A DNA stretch of 64,000 nucleotides from NCBI GenBank assembly GCA_964447765.1, contig CAYUTO010000002.1:148316-212315 (forward strand), given 5' to 3'. The notes under the pieces were generated by a model. The model was not told where the DNA came from. It did not search any database and saw nothing but the letters and a program-made list of their open reading frames with translations. Both the position numbers and the translations under genes were made by a program. This DNA is from an uncultured Gammaproteobacteria bacterium. GTDB taxonomy: Bacteria; Patescibacteriota; Patescibacteriia; Magasanikbacterales; UBA922. Of this stretch, positions 14,623 through 25,100 are shown in pieces; the stretch's first letter is position 1; every line of letters starts with the position of its first letter.

Positions 14623-16473
14623 ATGAAATACGTGCAAGAACATTTGAATACACACCACTTGTTACGCGCTCCGCACAAATGGTTCTTTGCGTTTTTGGCA
14701 TCCCCAATTCATTTTGCTGAGATGCATTACAAGAATCGATATCATCTGCAATTTTCCCATGCGAGAAAACTGTTCTTGTTCGACATGTCTCTTGTTGCGA
14801 CACTACTCGTAGTTGCAGCAGCGTTTCTCGGGTGGAGTATGTACAATCCTACGGTGACTGATCTCGTTTATGTATCAATAGATCCTTCAAAAGATAGAAT
14901 ATTAAGTGGTGAATACGTGAGCTATACTATTGGGTATATCAATGAAAGTACGGTTCGACTTACTGATGCGGTATTGTCCGTTGAATTACCCGAAGGCTAT
15001 ATGGTAGATGCTTCAACGCCAGAAGGAGTGTACGATATTGAATCCAGTGAATTTAATCTTGGAAGTATTTCATCAGGTGAAGGTGGGTCAGTGTCAGTAG
15101 GAGGCTGGTTTTATGGTACACCGAATGTCGAAGATCATATCCATGCGAAAATTACGTATCGCCAAGATGGAAAAACACGCATCGAAGAAAAGACTAGTCC
15201 ACATATTATCTTTTTACGCGGATCACTCCTCACCTCAGTGGTCGAGCTTCAGGATCAGGTGGTCGAGGGCTCACGAGTGCCGGTGAAAATTAAGCTTACT
15301 AATACGGGTGATGAGCCACTTCAGAATATTTCATTTTCTTTTGATCCACTAAAAGCGATTGGTGTGGTAGAAAATGTATCCGCAACTATTGGATCTGCAA
15401 CCGAACATATCTGGTCTGTTTCTGAGCTTGCTCCTGGTCAGTCAGGAGAATTTACAGGAACCATACATGTTTCAGATACACTTGGGGAATCAGCGTATCC
15501 GCTCGAACTTGCTCCAGCATTGATGGTGCGTGGCAAAACCATTGCACAAACAATCGTAAAAAAGGATATACGTATAGCACAGCCAAAAGTACAAGTCGGG
15601 GCAGAGTGGGATGGAGGAGCCGGAACTCTTAAGCCTGGAGAAACAGCGAGACTCATGGTTTCTATTAGAAATACAGGAAATGTTGAAATAATTGATGGAA
15701 CAATAGAAATTCCATTGCCGCGAGGTGTCGTGAATGTGTCAGAAGCTGCGCGAGCAAATGCAGGATCGATTGCTCAGAGTACACTCGTATTAACTTCAGG
15801 AAAACATAGTACGTTGCGATCAATACAGCCAGGAGAATCGCGTGTGATCGCGGTCCTGCTTCCGGTTATTTCGACCTCAGATGCGGGTACCAATCTAGTG
15901 CTCCAGCCAACCGTTCGATTCAAGGGTACGGTAGCAGTTGCGACAGAGGTTATAGTCGAGGATGTGTCTACCGCAGGGTCTCTGAAAGTAGGAACTGATC
16001 TTCAGTTGGTTGGTGAGGTAAGATATTACACAGCCGAAGGTGATCAGCTGGGTCGAGGTCCGCTTCCGCCTGAGGTGGGAAAAGAGACCAAATATGCAGC
16101 ATTGTTCACCATCAGGAATACTACTAGTAATGTGACTGGAGGAGTCTTTACTGCACGTCTTGCTCCAGGTGTAGTGTGGACAGGGAAGACAAGTGTTACA
16201 CAAGGGTCTGCTCCTACATATAATCCCTCCACGCGCACGGTCCGCTGGAGTCTGGGGACTATTCCCGCTCACGCCAATGCAGGGTTATTTTTTGAGCTTA
16301 GTTTGACCCCCGCAGAGTCAGATAGGGGCACAACACCTGCTATGGTTATAAGTGCAGAAATCACCGGATCAGACTCATATGGAGGGTATTCAATGGTTAG
16401 AACCACTGGTGTTTTGGACAGTTCTTTGAAAACAGACACGAAGGGTAGTCTAAAAGGTAGTATTGTCCAGTAG
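14623..16473 (+). CDS. Membrane-anchored surface protein with repeated Ig-like (DUF11/CARDB-type) domains.
   Basis: It has an N-terminal TM helix (MSLVATLLVVAAAFLGW). Repeated motifs include KIKLTNTGDEPL and VSIRNTGNVEI. The true start is probably downstream, near 14722. Confidence 0.5.
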   Translation: MKYVQEHLNTHHLLRAPHKWFFAFLASPIHFAEMHYKNRYHLQFSHARKLFLFDMSLVATLLVVAAAFLGWSMYNPTVTDLVYVSIDPSKDRILSGEYVSYTIGYINESTVRLTDAVLSVELPEGYMVDASTPEGVYDIESSEFNLGSISSGEGGSVSVGGWFYGTPNVEDHIHAKITYRQDGKTRIEEKTSPHIIFLRGSLLTSVVELQDQVVEGSRVPVKIKLTNTGDEPLQNISFSFDPLKAIGVVENVSATIGSATEHIWSVSELAPGQSGEFTGTIHVSDTLGESAYPLELAPALMVRGKTIAQTIVKKDIRIAQPKVQVGAEWDGGAGTLKPGETARLMVSIRNTGNVEIIDGTIEIPLPRGVVNVSEAARANAGSIAQSTLVLTSGKHSTLRSIQPGESRVIAVLLPVISTSDAGTNLVLQPTVRFKGTVAVATEVIVEDVSTAGSLKVGTDLQLVGEVRYYTAEGDQLGRGPLPPEVGKETKYAALFTIRNTTSNVTGGVFTARLAPGVVWTGKTSVTQGSAPTYNPSTRTVRWSLGTIPAHANAGLFFELSLTPAESDRGTTPAMVISAEITGSDSYGGYSMVRTTGVLDSSLKTDTKGSLKGSIVQ

Positions 16474-16494
16474 AAACGCAGTCCTTGACAGAAC

Positions 16495-16523
16495 AAAAAA
16501 ACGCTAAAATAAGCGTTTTTTTG
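16495..16523 (+). terminator. Rho-independent terminator: aaaaaacgct-loop-agcgttttttt.
   Basis: Hairpin plus T7 run immediately after the 14623-16473 stop. Confidence 0.65.
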
Positions 16524-16547
16524 TTTGAAATTACGTTGACTGAACAC

Positions 16548-16576
16548 TTGACAAAAGTCTGTAGATGTGGTATAGT
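16548..16576 (+). promoter_or_regulatory. sigma70-like promoter: TTGACA, 17 nt, TATAGT.
   Basis: Read directly. It lies 43 nt upstream of the ATG at 16619. Confidence 0.65.
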
Positions 16577-16618
16577 ACGTTGTTGCTAAGAGCAGCATTA
16601 AACACTCTAACCAATAGT

Positions 16619-17794
16619 ATGCGTATAGCCATGATTGGGCAAAAAGGTATCCCTGCGATCTATGGTGGCGTCGAAAGACATGTCCATGATCTTTCGGTAC
16701 GCCTGGTTGAGCGTGGTCACCGTGTGACGGTGTATGCCAGAAAATGGTATACAGCCGAGCATGGTATGGGCCAGGTAGAGGGTGTTACTCGTGTACATAC
16801 TCCTACGATCAAAACCAAACATCTTGATACTATTGTACATGTTTTTACGTCAACTATTCATGCGATTTTTTCGTCTTATGACGTGATCCATTATCATGGG
16901 GTAGGTCCAGCACTTCTTGCGTGGATTCCTCGGGTATTCCGACCACGAGTGCGGGTTATCGTTACCCTCCATTCACTGGATCGATTTCATCAAAAATGGA
17001 ATGGATTTGCAAAATGCATGCTCAAGCTTGGTGAAAAAGCTGCGAATACGTTTGCGCATGATACGATTACGGTGTCAAAAAGTCTTCAGAAATATGTTAA
17101 TGCTGAATATAAAGCAAGGACAACATACATACCAAATGGTGTTGAGATTCCTTCAGCTGTAACTTCAGTATCACATATCACACCGTTCGGTCTTACTGCT
17201 GATAATTATATTGTAATGATTTCACGACTCGTGCCTCACAAAGGAGCACATGTATTGATTGAAGCGTTTAAAAAATTAAAAGAAAGAAATGCTGATAACA
17301 CTTCTGTTCAATCATTGAAACTTGCAATTGTAGGTGGTGCTGCGTACACGGATGAATATGTACGGAGTCTCCATGTGTCAGCAGCTTCGATGAATGACGT
17401 AGTGTTTACTGATTTTCAGTCAGGATCTTCATTGAATGAATTGTATAGCCATGCTCGTGTGCTCGTGCATCCTTCGATTAACGAGGGGTTGCCGATTACG
17501 GTACTTCAGGCAATGAGTTATGGAATTCCGGTATTACTTTCTGCAATTCCTGAGCATGAAGAAATCCTCTCGGATGCGAGTATGTTCTTCAAAGAAAATG
17601 ATGTTGAATCTCTGGTATCTCGACTTGAATCATTTATGAAATTAAGCAAACAGGATCGAGTACACATCGGTAAACAAAACAAAGCAATCATTCATGAAAA
17701 GTATGAATGGGAACATATCGTATCTCAAATTGAGAGGGTATATCAGGGGGTTCAATTACAGCCCCATGAAGTACTCTCGACAGTGAAAGCGTAA
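16619..17794 (+). CDS. Glycosyltransferase family 4.
   Basis: The ORF track starts at 16565. The ATG at 16619 gives MRIAMIGQKGIPAIYGGVERHVHDLS, a typical GT4 N-terminus. C-terminal NEGLPITVLQAMSYGIPVLLSAIPEHEEIL matches the family motif. Confidence 0.75.
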   Translation: MRIAMIGQKGIPAIYGGVERHVHDLSVRLVERGHRVTVYARKWYTAEHGMGQVEGVTRVHTPTIKTKHLDTIVHVFTSTIHAIFSSYDVIHYHGVGPALLAWIPRVFRPRVRVIVTLHSLDRFHQKWNGFAKCMLKLGEKAANTFAHDTITVSKSLQKYVNAEYKARTTYIPNGVEIPSAVTSVSHITPFGLTADNYIVMISRLVPHKGAHVLIEAFKKLKERNADNTSVQSLKLAIVGGAAYTDEYVRSLHVSAASMNDVVFTDFQSGSSLNELYSHARVLVHPSINEGLPITVLQAMSYGIPVLLSAIPEHEEILSDASMFFKENDVESLVSRLESFMKLSKQDRVHIGKQNKAIIHEKYEWEHIVSQIERVYQGVQLQPHEVLSTVKA

Positions 17795-17811
17795 GTAATC
17801 AAACACATAAA

Positions 17812-17843
17812 ATCCTGCACTAGAATAGTGTAGGATTTTTTTG
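17812..17843 (+). terminator. Rho-independent terminator for the + strand gene: atcctgcac-loop-gtgtaggat, then T7.
   Basis: Hairpin with one mismatch, followed by a T run. Confidence 0.55.
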
Positions 17844-17848
17844 TGTAT

Positions 17849-17873
17849 AAAAAAACCGCTGGTGAGTAAGCGG
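17849..17873 (-). terminator. Rho-independent terminator for the minus-strand lipoprotein gene (on minus: ccgcttactcaccagcgg, then T7).
   Basis: Hairpin plus U-run on the minus strand. It is convergent with the + strand terminator. Confidence 0.55.
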
Positions 17874-17936
17874 ATCAGAGAGAGCGGGAGAGTGAAGTGC
17901 ATAATGCAAGTCACTCTCCCGCGCGTCGCAGGCCCC

Positions 17937-19091
17937 TCAGAGGCCGAGTGGGCAGTTTAGGTCTCCTCTTGAGATGAGGAGAGATTTGCCGCAGGGAGCC
18001 TCCGGATCGTCCACGATGGTGTACCGGCTGGCTTGAGGAACTTCCTCGTGGAGTGGATCACCGTCAATCATGATCGATTCAATCGTATCCGCGATCAGCG
18101 GGTTTCCGGGGCATTCGTACCACCCAGATTCGGGTATGTTATCGCTCTCGAGTTCGAAGTCGAGTCGAATTCCCTCACTGCATGCCTCGAGAACCGGGAT
18201 GTACATGATGTACGGTGCTCGTCCCAGCCACGTTAAGTTGTCGAACCTGAGCCACACTATATCTTGGTTATGAGGTACTTTTAAGGTGACCTCAAGGAAG
18301 ATGTAGGTGCTGAAGATGCATCCAGTGAAGGGGTCGCACCGGTCCTTCGTACCTGGATTGAAATCGGCGCATATGATGTGTTCATTCTCGCATACGCTAC
18401 TTTTGCACGTCGCGTACGTACATGCATTGAAGTCGTCGCATTCGTTGGCATCAGAACATGCACTCCCGTCTGCGACGGTGCATACACCGCCGATGGCGTC
18501 AACGCATTCTTCATTGGAGAGACAGTCTGCATTGTTGCTACACTCACGTGCTGGCGGTGCTGGAAGTGCACAACCTCCGATCGTGTCGCAGGTGGAATTG
18601 CCAGGACACTCGAGTGGTTCTCCCCATATACAGTATCCAATCTTACCATGCTCCGAACATCTCTCTTCACCATCGCACGCATTGTGGTTATTGCAGTGCC
18701 AGTCCTGCGTACATTCCAGGTATTCGACGCAGGAGCCCTCGACACAGATGAAGGCGTTAGAACCGAGTTTCGTGCAGTCAGCGCTGGTGTTACATGATAT
18801 GTCGAGCGCATCTCGTCCGTCCTGAGACGTAAGAACGTCAGAGGGGCCGAGTGAGTCCAGGGTAGACGAACTCGAGTCGGTGATATCAGTCACCGTGTTG
18901 CTGTCAGAGGGTGAACTGGTGGCGTCAGGTTCTCCGGTGGTGGTGTCAGGAACCCAGATCGTGGTGGGGGAAGTATCACGCGTGGAAGTGTTACCACTCA
19001 CGACGCTCCCGATCTTCGGGTCGATGTCGCAGCCAACGAAGGCTGTGACCATCATCATGACTGAAGTAAGAACTGAGAAGATGTATCGCAT
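17937..19091 (-). CDS. Intermediate-GC secreted lipoprotein (family member 5). It has lipobox AFVGC, a Ser/Thr/Asp-rich linker, Cys-rich CxDxNxC repeats, and the conserved C-terminal family domain.
   Basis: MRYIFSVLTSVMMMVTAFVGCD. AAGGAG sits 7 nt upstream on the minus strand. Repeats (CDDFNACTYATC, CDPFTGCIFS) resemble genes 3 and 4. The C-terminus reads ...ACSEGIRLDF...WYECPGNP...IDG...LNCPLGL. Confidence 0.75.
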   Translation of the reverse strand: MRYIFSVLTSVMMMVTAFVGCDIDPKIGSVVSGNTSTRDTSPTTIWVPDTTTGEPDATSSPSDSNTVTDITDSSSSTLDSLGPSDVLTSQDGRDALDISCNTSADCTKLGSNAFICVEGSCVEYLECTQDWHCNNHNACDGEERCSEHGKIGYCIWGEPLECPGNSTCDTIGGCALPAPPARECSNNADCLSNEECVDAIGGVCTVADGSACSDANECDDFNACTYATCKSSVCENEHIICADFNPGTKDRCDPFTGCIFSTYIFLEVTLKVPHNQDIVWLRFDNLTWLGRAPYIMYIPVLEACSEGIRLDFELESDNIPESGWYECPGNPLIADTIESIMIDGDPLHEEVPQASRYTIVDDPEAPCGKSLLISRGDLNCPLGL

Positions 19092-19141
19092 GAAAGACTC
19101 CTTTGGAGGAAGAAAACACTGTTTTGGTCAAAGAGCGAGCA

Positions 19142-19195
19142 CTAGGAATCCTTTCCTAGTACTTAGTTAATTCGCAAGCTTTCGAACTAACTAAG
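19142..19195. promoter_or_regulatory. Two adjacent palindromes in the promoter region of the minus-strand lipoprotein gene. They are ctaggaa-tcct-ttcctag (19142-19159) and cttagttaattcg-caagct-ttcgaactaactaag (19162-19195). These are candidate operators.
   Basis: The inverted repeats were read directly. Their position is between the HTH-regulator gene and the lipoprotein gene. Confidence 0.35.
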
Positions 19196-19224
19196 GTCTA
19201 AGAAAAAAAATAGACATGCGGTGA

Positions 19225-19641
19225 CTAACCTATGTCTACATTATTTGGTGTAAATGAATTTGTGTCAATTGATGAAATATCCTTCTCTCGTTTCGAGATA
19301 GTATCTTCTGTAGTATTTTTTTTGAGAATTTTGGTACTAGGAGAATAGAGTGTATTTGAAATCTTCCATTTATCGACAAACTGCCCAATACCACGTTTTT
19401 CTGTTTTATTTTTCACCGTAGTTTTTCTCTGAGACCATTTCACGAGACTTTCAAAATTGATCTTGTATCTACCAGCGACCACCACATACGTAATCTCCTG
19501 ATCACGAATAGCCCTTCGTATAGTCTGTGGATTAACTCCAAAAAGGCGTGCGGCCTCGGAAATCGAGACTCTAATTATCTCTTTTTGGTCAGGGGGTGGA
19601 ATAAGGGGGTTTGTTACCATAGTATACATTTGTATACACAA
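19225..19641 (-). CDS. Small DNA-binding protein with an excisionase/MerR-type helix-turn-helix (HTH).
   Basis: ISEAARLFGVNPQTIRRAIRDQEITYVVVAGRYKI matches the excisionase-family HTH domain. The remainder is a Lys/Thr-rich tail. Confidence 0.6.
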   Translation of the reverse strand: MCIQMYTMVTNPLIPPPDQKEIIRVSISEAARLFGVNPQTIRRAIRDQEITYVVVAGRYKINFESLVKWSQRKTTVKNKTEKRGIGQFVDKWKISNTLYSPSTKILKKNTTEDTISKREKDISSIDTNSFTPNNVDIG

Positions 19642-19770
19642 ATACTACCAATTATACGGTTTTTGTCAAGGCCTAGGCCTCTTGTGTCCACTCTAGAGAA
19701 AAGTATCGTTCATGTGTCATAGTATACTCAAAAATACAAAATTTGTATACACTAATCTATACAAATTTGT
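19627..19770. promoter_or_regulatory. Operator-like repeats of tttgtataca in the divergent HTH-gene / sigma-gene intergenic region. An inverted pair aaatttgtata...tatacaaattt lies at 19742-19769, and a third copy at 19630-19640.
   Basis: The repeats were read directly. Their location between divergent regulator genes suggests autoregulatory binding sites. Confidence 0.35.
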
Positions 19771-19942
19771 GAATAAGAGGGGATTGTGTGCTCTAAATCA
19801 CAGCTGTTACTAGAGTGAGGTTTATACGTATCTATGTGTACAGTAAGCCTTTATTTATTGGCCTTTTTATGCTATAGTCTACGGTATCTCTAAGTTGAAT
19901 GCTCTAGGCAACTGTAACACTTTTATAATCCTATCGTCTTCT

Positions 19943-20539
19943 ATGGTGAAGGCACAGAATAAGTTTAATGAAAAAAAGCTCGTCTATCGAGTTCGGGTGC
20001 ACAAAGACACCGAAGCGTTTGGCGAACTCTATGACCGGTATGTCTCCAAAATATACCGATTTATATATCTCAAGGTGTCTCACAAAGAAGAGGCTGAAGA
20101 TATTGCAAGTGAGGTATTTTTGAAGACCTGGAATTATCTGACTGATGTACAAAGAGAGGCTGATAAAGAAATAGAGAGTTTCAGTGGACTTATCTATACG
20201 ATCGCACGCACTTCCCTCATAGATTTTTTTAGAAGCCGTGCGAGACGAAAAGAATGTACCATTGAAGTCTTGGAAGCAGTAGCTCATGATTCAAATATTG
20301 AAGAATCAACTACGCGCGAACAAGAAGTGGAAGTGGTGCTCAAAAATTTAAAAATGATGAAACGTGAGTATCAGGAAATTATCGTACTCAAATATATCGA
20401 GGAATTGTCTACTACTGAAATTTCTCACATATTAGACAAGAGTACCGTGTCAATTCGGGTGACGTTGCATCGAGCCTTGAAGATTTTAAAGAAAATGATC
20501 GAAGAAAAAAAGTCTGCCTCTCGTGGAAAGAAAAAATAA
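19943..20539 (+). CDS. RNA polymerase sigma-70 family factor (ECF-like: region 2 plus region 4).
   Basis: FGELYDRYVSKIYRFIYLKVSHKEEAEDIASEVFLKTW resembles region 2. EIIVLKYIEELSTTEISHILDKSTVSIRVTLHRALKILKK resembles a region-4 HTH. The ORF track starts at 19895. The ATG at 19943 is preferred. Confidence 0.75.
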   Translation: MVKAQNKFNEKKLVYRVRVHKDTEAFGELYDRYVSKIYRFIYLKVSHKEEAEDIASEVFLKTWNYLTDVQREADKEIESFSGLIYTIARTSLIDFFRSRARRKECTIEVLEAVAHDSNIEESTTREQEVEVVLKNLKMMKREYQEIIVLKYIEELSTTEISHILDKSTVSIRVTLHRALKILKKMIEEKKSASRGKKK

Positions 20540-20569
20540 TGGCAGAAACGGTAATTAAAACCGAGGTAT

Positions 20570-21754
20570 ATGAAAGAGTTGAAATCACAACTGAAAAGAA
20601 TGAAAGACCTCGAAACTCGGATCAATCCAGATCGCGAGTGGATTTTGCGTAATCGCACACGGATGATGGCTCAGATCGAACACACCTCGCTTCAGTCGGT
20701 CGCTCATCCTGTGGAAGGAGCAAAGGTGGCACATACGGTGAGTACCTGGGCCAAAATTTTTGTACCTCAGACATTGGTCCGTTCATTGAAACCAATTGCC
20801 TCGGTCGCTTTTGCACTCATGATTACAACGGTAGGATGGATCGCAAGTGCGTATGCAGAACCAGGAGATGTACTCTGGGGAGCAAAAAGTGCGTTTAATT
20901 CCGTAGTTGAAAATGGTCGTCTCGCTCTTGCTCCAGAATCAGAACAAGCCTCGCTCAAACTTTCGTATGCTTCAAAGCAGGCACATGTACTGAAGCAGGT
21001 GGTTGAAACCACTAATGTGGAAGGTGAGAAAAAAACAAAATTAGTAGAAAAGACAGCGGATAGTCTGCAGAAAAAATTGAATTCTGCTCAGGAGAGTATC
21101 AAAGTAGTACCTCTCGTCGATTCTCTCGATTTGGTAAAAAAAGTATCACTCTCAACACAAGACATCTCGCAGACACTGAAAGAAACGTTGGAAAATGCAG
21201 AGGTGGGTGGAATTTCCGAAAAAATTGAAAAAACTGCAGTCGAGACTACGAAACAAAGTTTGGAAATGGTAGGTGATGCATTTCAGAAAAAGGCTGATGC
21301 AAATATCGAAATCTCCAATGAAGAAAAAGAAATTGTGAAAGATCATATTGATCAGGCAGTAGAATCAATCATTGCCGAAGTTTCGAAAGCTCAGATCAAA
21401 TTAAACGAACAATCTGCTTCAAGTACATTATTGTTGACTACCTCAACCATTGCGACAAATCTGTTAACCTCGTCAACTCCTCTTGCACTCACCACTTCTA
21501 CAGGTTCGACCAGTATCATGGATGCAATTGCAACAGTAAAAACAATTGATGAACAAAAAAAGACTGTTAATTCGCTCAAAGAAACCAATCTGGTAGAAGC
21601 CTTGAACACGACCAAAGCATTGGCCGAGCGAGTGACAACGGTGATTGAGCAAATAACGACACAGGGGACGATCGTGAATACACCGACTACCACTTCGATT
21701 CAAACAACTACCCCTTCTGCAAGTACTACGACAAAGCCGGTAAGTTCTACCTAA
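20570..21754 (+). CDS. Single-pass membrane protein, a putative anti-sigma factor. It has a cytoplasmic N-terminus, one TM helix, an extracytoplasmic coiled-coil, and a Thr/Ser-rich tail.
   Basis: It lies immediately downstream of, and is probably co-transcribed with, the ECF-like sigma gene. The TM segment is IASVAFALMITTVGWIA. The functional assignment rests on context only. Confidence 0.4.
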   Translation: MKELKSQLKRMKDLETRINPDREWILRNRTRMMAQIEHTSLQSVAHPVEGAKVAHTVSTWAKIFVPQTLVRSLKPIASVAFALMITTVGWIASAYAEPGDVLWGAKSAFNSVVENGRLALAPESEQASLKLSYASKQAHVLKQVVETTNVEGEKKTKLVEKTADSLQKKLNSAQESIKVVPLVDSLDLVKKVSLSTQDISQTLKETLENAEVGGISEKIEKTAVETTKQSLEMVGDAFQKKADANIEISNEEKEIVKDHIDQAVESIIAEVSKAQIKLNEQSASSTLLLTTSTIATNLLTSSTPLALTTSTGSTSIMDAIATVKTIDEQKKTVNSLKETNLVEALNTTKALAERVTTVIEQITTQGTIVNTPTTTSIQTTTPSASTTTKPVSST

Positions 21755-22140
21755 TACTATTTGGGACAAAGTGGAAGGGAAGGTATCGTAATTTCTCTTT
21801 CACTTTGCCTCGAATATATAAAAGTAGAAGCAAAGCACGCACGTTTTTTTACACTGTAATGTTCCGCCTAAGTCTCTAAGAACTGTAGGGCAATTGTGGA
21901 GGGTGAGAGTATATGCTCTCGGCTACATAATTGCCATACAGTGCCATGGATGAAAGTCTGTGGTTTAGGGGCAAAAAAACGCTCGGGTTTGGCCCTCGAG
22001 CATATCGCACCACTCATAGAAAAGTCGACCCACCGTTACAGGTGTCGGATGTAGTGGATTAATTAAAAAACGCCTATCACAGTGACATCTCGATTATATC
22101 GGGGTCGCGCACAGTTATAGGTAAAAGGTTAAAAATAGTT

Positions 22141-25100
22141 ATGAATGATGTAATTAAATTCGGTAAGAAGCTCTTTTCAGCTTCTGTAGTTGGAGTAACA
22201 ATCGCTTGGAGCATGGGCCTTGCAGCCTTCGTTCCAGTAGCTGCTCAAGCTGCAACCTGTCCAGAACTCGAAGCCGGAGATTTGTTTAAAGCGACCGGTG
22301 CCTCAGCTGTATATTATCTTACCGCTAGCATGGAACGCGCATACTTCCCACATGTGGACGTATTCAACAGTTGGAACCTTAGTTTCAACGACGTAGTAAC
22401 CGTATCTGGTGAATGTCTTTTTGCTTACCCAGCAGCAACAGTTGCAGGTATCAATTACCGACCTGGATCACGCTTGGTGAAGCTCTCAGACGCATCACCT
22501 GTATTCGCTGTTACCCCTGGTAACAAGCTTGTACAAGTTACTGGAGAATCAGCTGCAGCTCTCTATGGAACAAACTGGACATCAGTTTTACGTGATGTTA
22601 GTCCATTCCACTGGGCAAGTTACACTGACACTCGAACAACATGGGGTGAATCAAAACCTCATGATGGTCAGTTTGTAAAAAAGACTGGCGAAACAACTGT
22701 ATACTGGGTAAAAGATGGTATGCTTCATCAAGTTGATGGATCAAATGTACCTGACGTTCGCACAGTATCAGCTGCAACATTTGCAACTCTTTCAGTTGCA
22801 AGTGGATCAGTAACGGTAAGCTCTGCATACGCTAACCCAACTCAGGTTGACGGAAGCGCACCAGCAGCTAGTACTGGAGCACTCACTGTAAGTGTTGCTT
22901 CAAATACTTCAGCTTCAAAAGTTGTTCCAGGTGGAGCACAAGGAGTTGAATTTCTCGCATTTGCTGTTCGCGCAGGAAGTGAAGCTTCAACTTTGGAGCA
23001 GGTCACTTTGAAGCGCGCTGGCATCGGAAACCGAACTGACATTGAAAAGGTTTACCTTTATCACAATGGTATTCGTCTCGACAATGGACGAACAATTAAC
23101 AGTGATGATGAAGTTACTTTCAATGTTAACAAAACTATCTCAGCAAACTCAACTGAAACATTTTGGGTTAAAGCTGACATGAACACTGTTGCTGGTTCTG
23201 CAACTGCAGGATCACAAAACTACTTTGAAATTACCACTGCTTCTGAAGTAGATGGTTCTGGAACAGTAGGGGGTTCATTCCCAGTTCGTGGTAATGCAAT
23301 TACTCTTGGTGCACAAGACATCAGTAGTATTACATTGCTTGGACAGGGTAGTAATACCACTGCAAAAATCGGTGAAAATGGTGTAGTAGTAAGTGAATTT
23401 GACGCTTCTGCTGCATCTACTGATGATGTAGAATTGACTTCTGTCACTTTGAAGCAAAAAGGAACTGCTCCAGCATCTCTTCTCACCAATGTGAAATTGA
23501 TGCAGGGTGGAACTACAGTTGCAATGGGTGTAGTAAGTGGAGACTGGGTGAAATTTGATTTTACTCAGAAAGTTACGATCGAAGCTGGCGACACCAAGAG
23601 ATTCAAGGTGTATGCTGACCTCGGAATTGCTGATACCAACGATACTGTTGAACTCGTACTTGACGAGGAAGCAGACGTAATGGCATACAGTCTAGATTTC
23701 CCAGGAAGTCTTGCTGGTGTAACAAACACTTATACCACATCACAGTCACTTGCAGTGACTGTAGAAGGTGGAAAAATCAATGTTGATCTTGAAGGAACCA
23801 ACGAAGATGTACGCGTAGACCAGGACAACGTGGTATTCGGTACATTCTCTATCCTTGCAACTGCTGAAGATATTGATGTAGATACAATGGAATTCGAACT
23901 TGTTAAAACAGGTATCACAAATCCATTGGAAGATCTACGTTTGCGCGAAAAGAACGGCAAAGGTAGTTACGCACTTGAAGACACTGACACTTGTGTAATC
24001 GGAAGTACTTCATGTACTTTCACAGCAGAAAACATGATTCTCAGTAAAGGTACTACCTATGAATTCGAAATTCTAGCAGACGTACCAGCTACTGTGACTT
24101 CAGGACAAACCTACTACTTCACATGGGCAGCTGCTCAGGTGAGTGCAGAAGGTGTTTCTTCTGACAACACAGTTTCAGCAAATGATTTCTCATCAGCGTC
24201 CCTTACCGGTCCTACGATGACAGTAAATCCTTCAAAACTAACTATTCGTCAGAGTGCTCTTAGTAACGAGACTGTAGTAAACGGAACCAAGAATGTATTG
24301 GTATACCGTGGTACACTCGAAGCTGGATCAACTTCTGATGTTACTGTTACTTCTCTTACCGTTGGCGCTACCTCTACCGACCAAGCTTGGGATGGTGTAG
24401 TTGATGGTTTGAAACTCTTCATCGGTGGTGTACAGGTGTCAAATGACAACACTGTAACAAGTGAAGAAGCTGTATTCACAGGATTTAGTAATGTTATTCC
24501 TGCAGGATCAGCAAACAAAGTAACCTTCGAAGTGTACGCTGACTTGACCGACGGTTCTACTGTCGAGATGGTACAGGTACAAGTAGAAGACGCTGATGCT
24601 ACTGACGAGGATGATGACACTGTTAACGCAGTTAACGCATCTAACGTTACTGTTTCTAGCGGAAGTCCAGTTGTAGGAAGTCGTATCCTTACCATCTCTG
24701 GTACTGGTACTCTTACTGCAGTATTGGATTCAAACTACACAGGTCTTCGCAATGACTTCTACGCAGTTGCAGGCACACAGAAACAGCTTGCAGGACGCGT
24801 ACAGCTCAAAGCACTCTATGAAGATGTAGAGCTTGAAGATCTTGTAGTATATGTAAGTTCAACATGGTCAAGTGCTTCAGTTGTTGAAGCTACCTTTGAC
24901 TCATTGAACGTTTATGCTGACGCTGCAATGACCGAACTTCTCGGCACTGCTGACGTAACTAGTGGAGCTGTGACGATCGAAAACGTAGACTTCGTTGTAC
25001 CTGCTGACAGTACCAAGTATATTTACCTTGGTCTCAACTTGAACAGCGTAGGAACCGGTGACAATGGAACCGCTACTGCAAGTACTTCGATCTTCTTGGC

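Noticed and set aside
20539-20569. Alternative start MAETVIK... at 20539 overlapping the sigma-gene stop for the putative anti-sigma gene
   Set aside because: It is in a different reading frame from the 20570 ORF and terminates after a few codons.
21889-21935. Long nested inverted repeat (ggcaattgtg...cataattgcc with inner gagag/ctctc) upstream of the giant surface-protein gene as a possible small RNA or riboswitch
   Set aside because: It is a single hairpin with one mismatch. It has no recognisable family features or flanking promoter and terminator. I noted it but cannot support it as an RNA gene.
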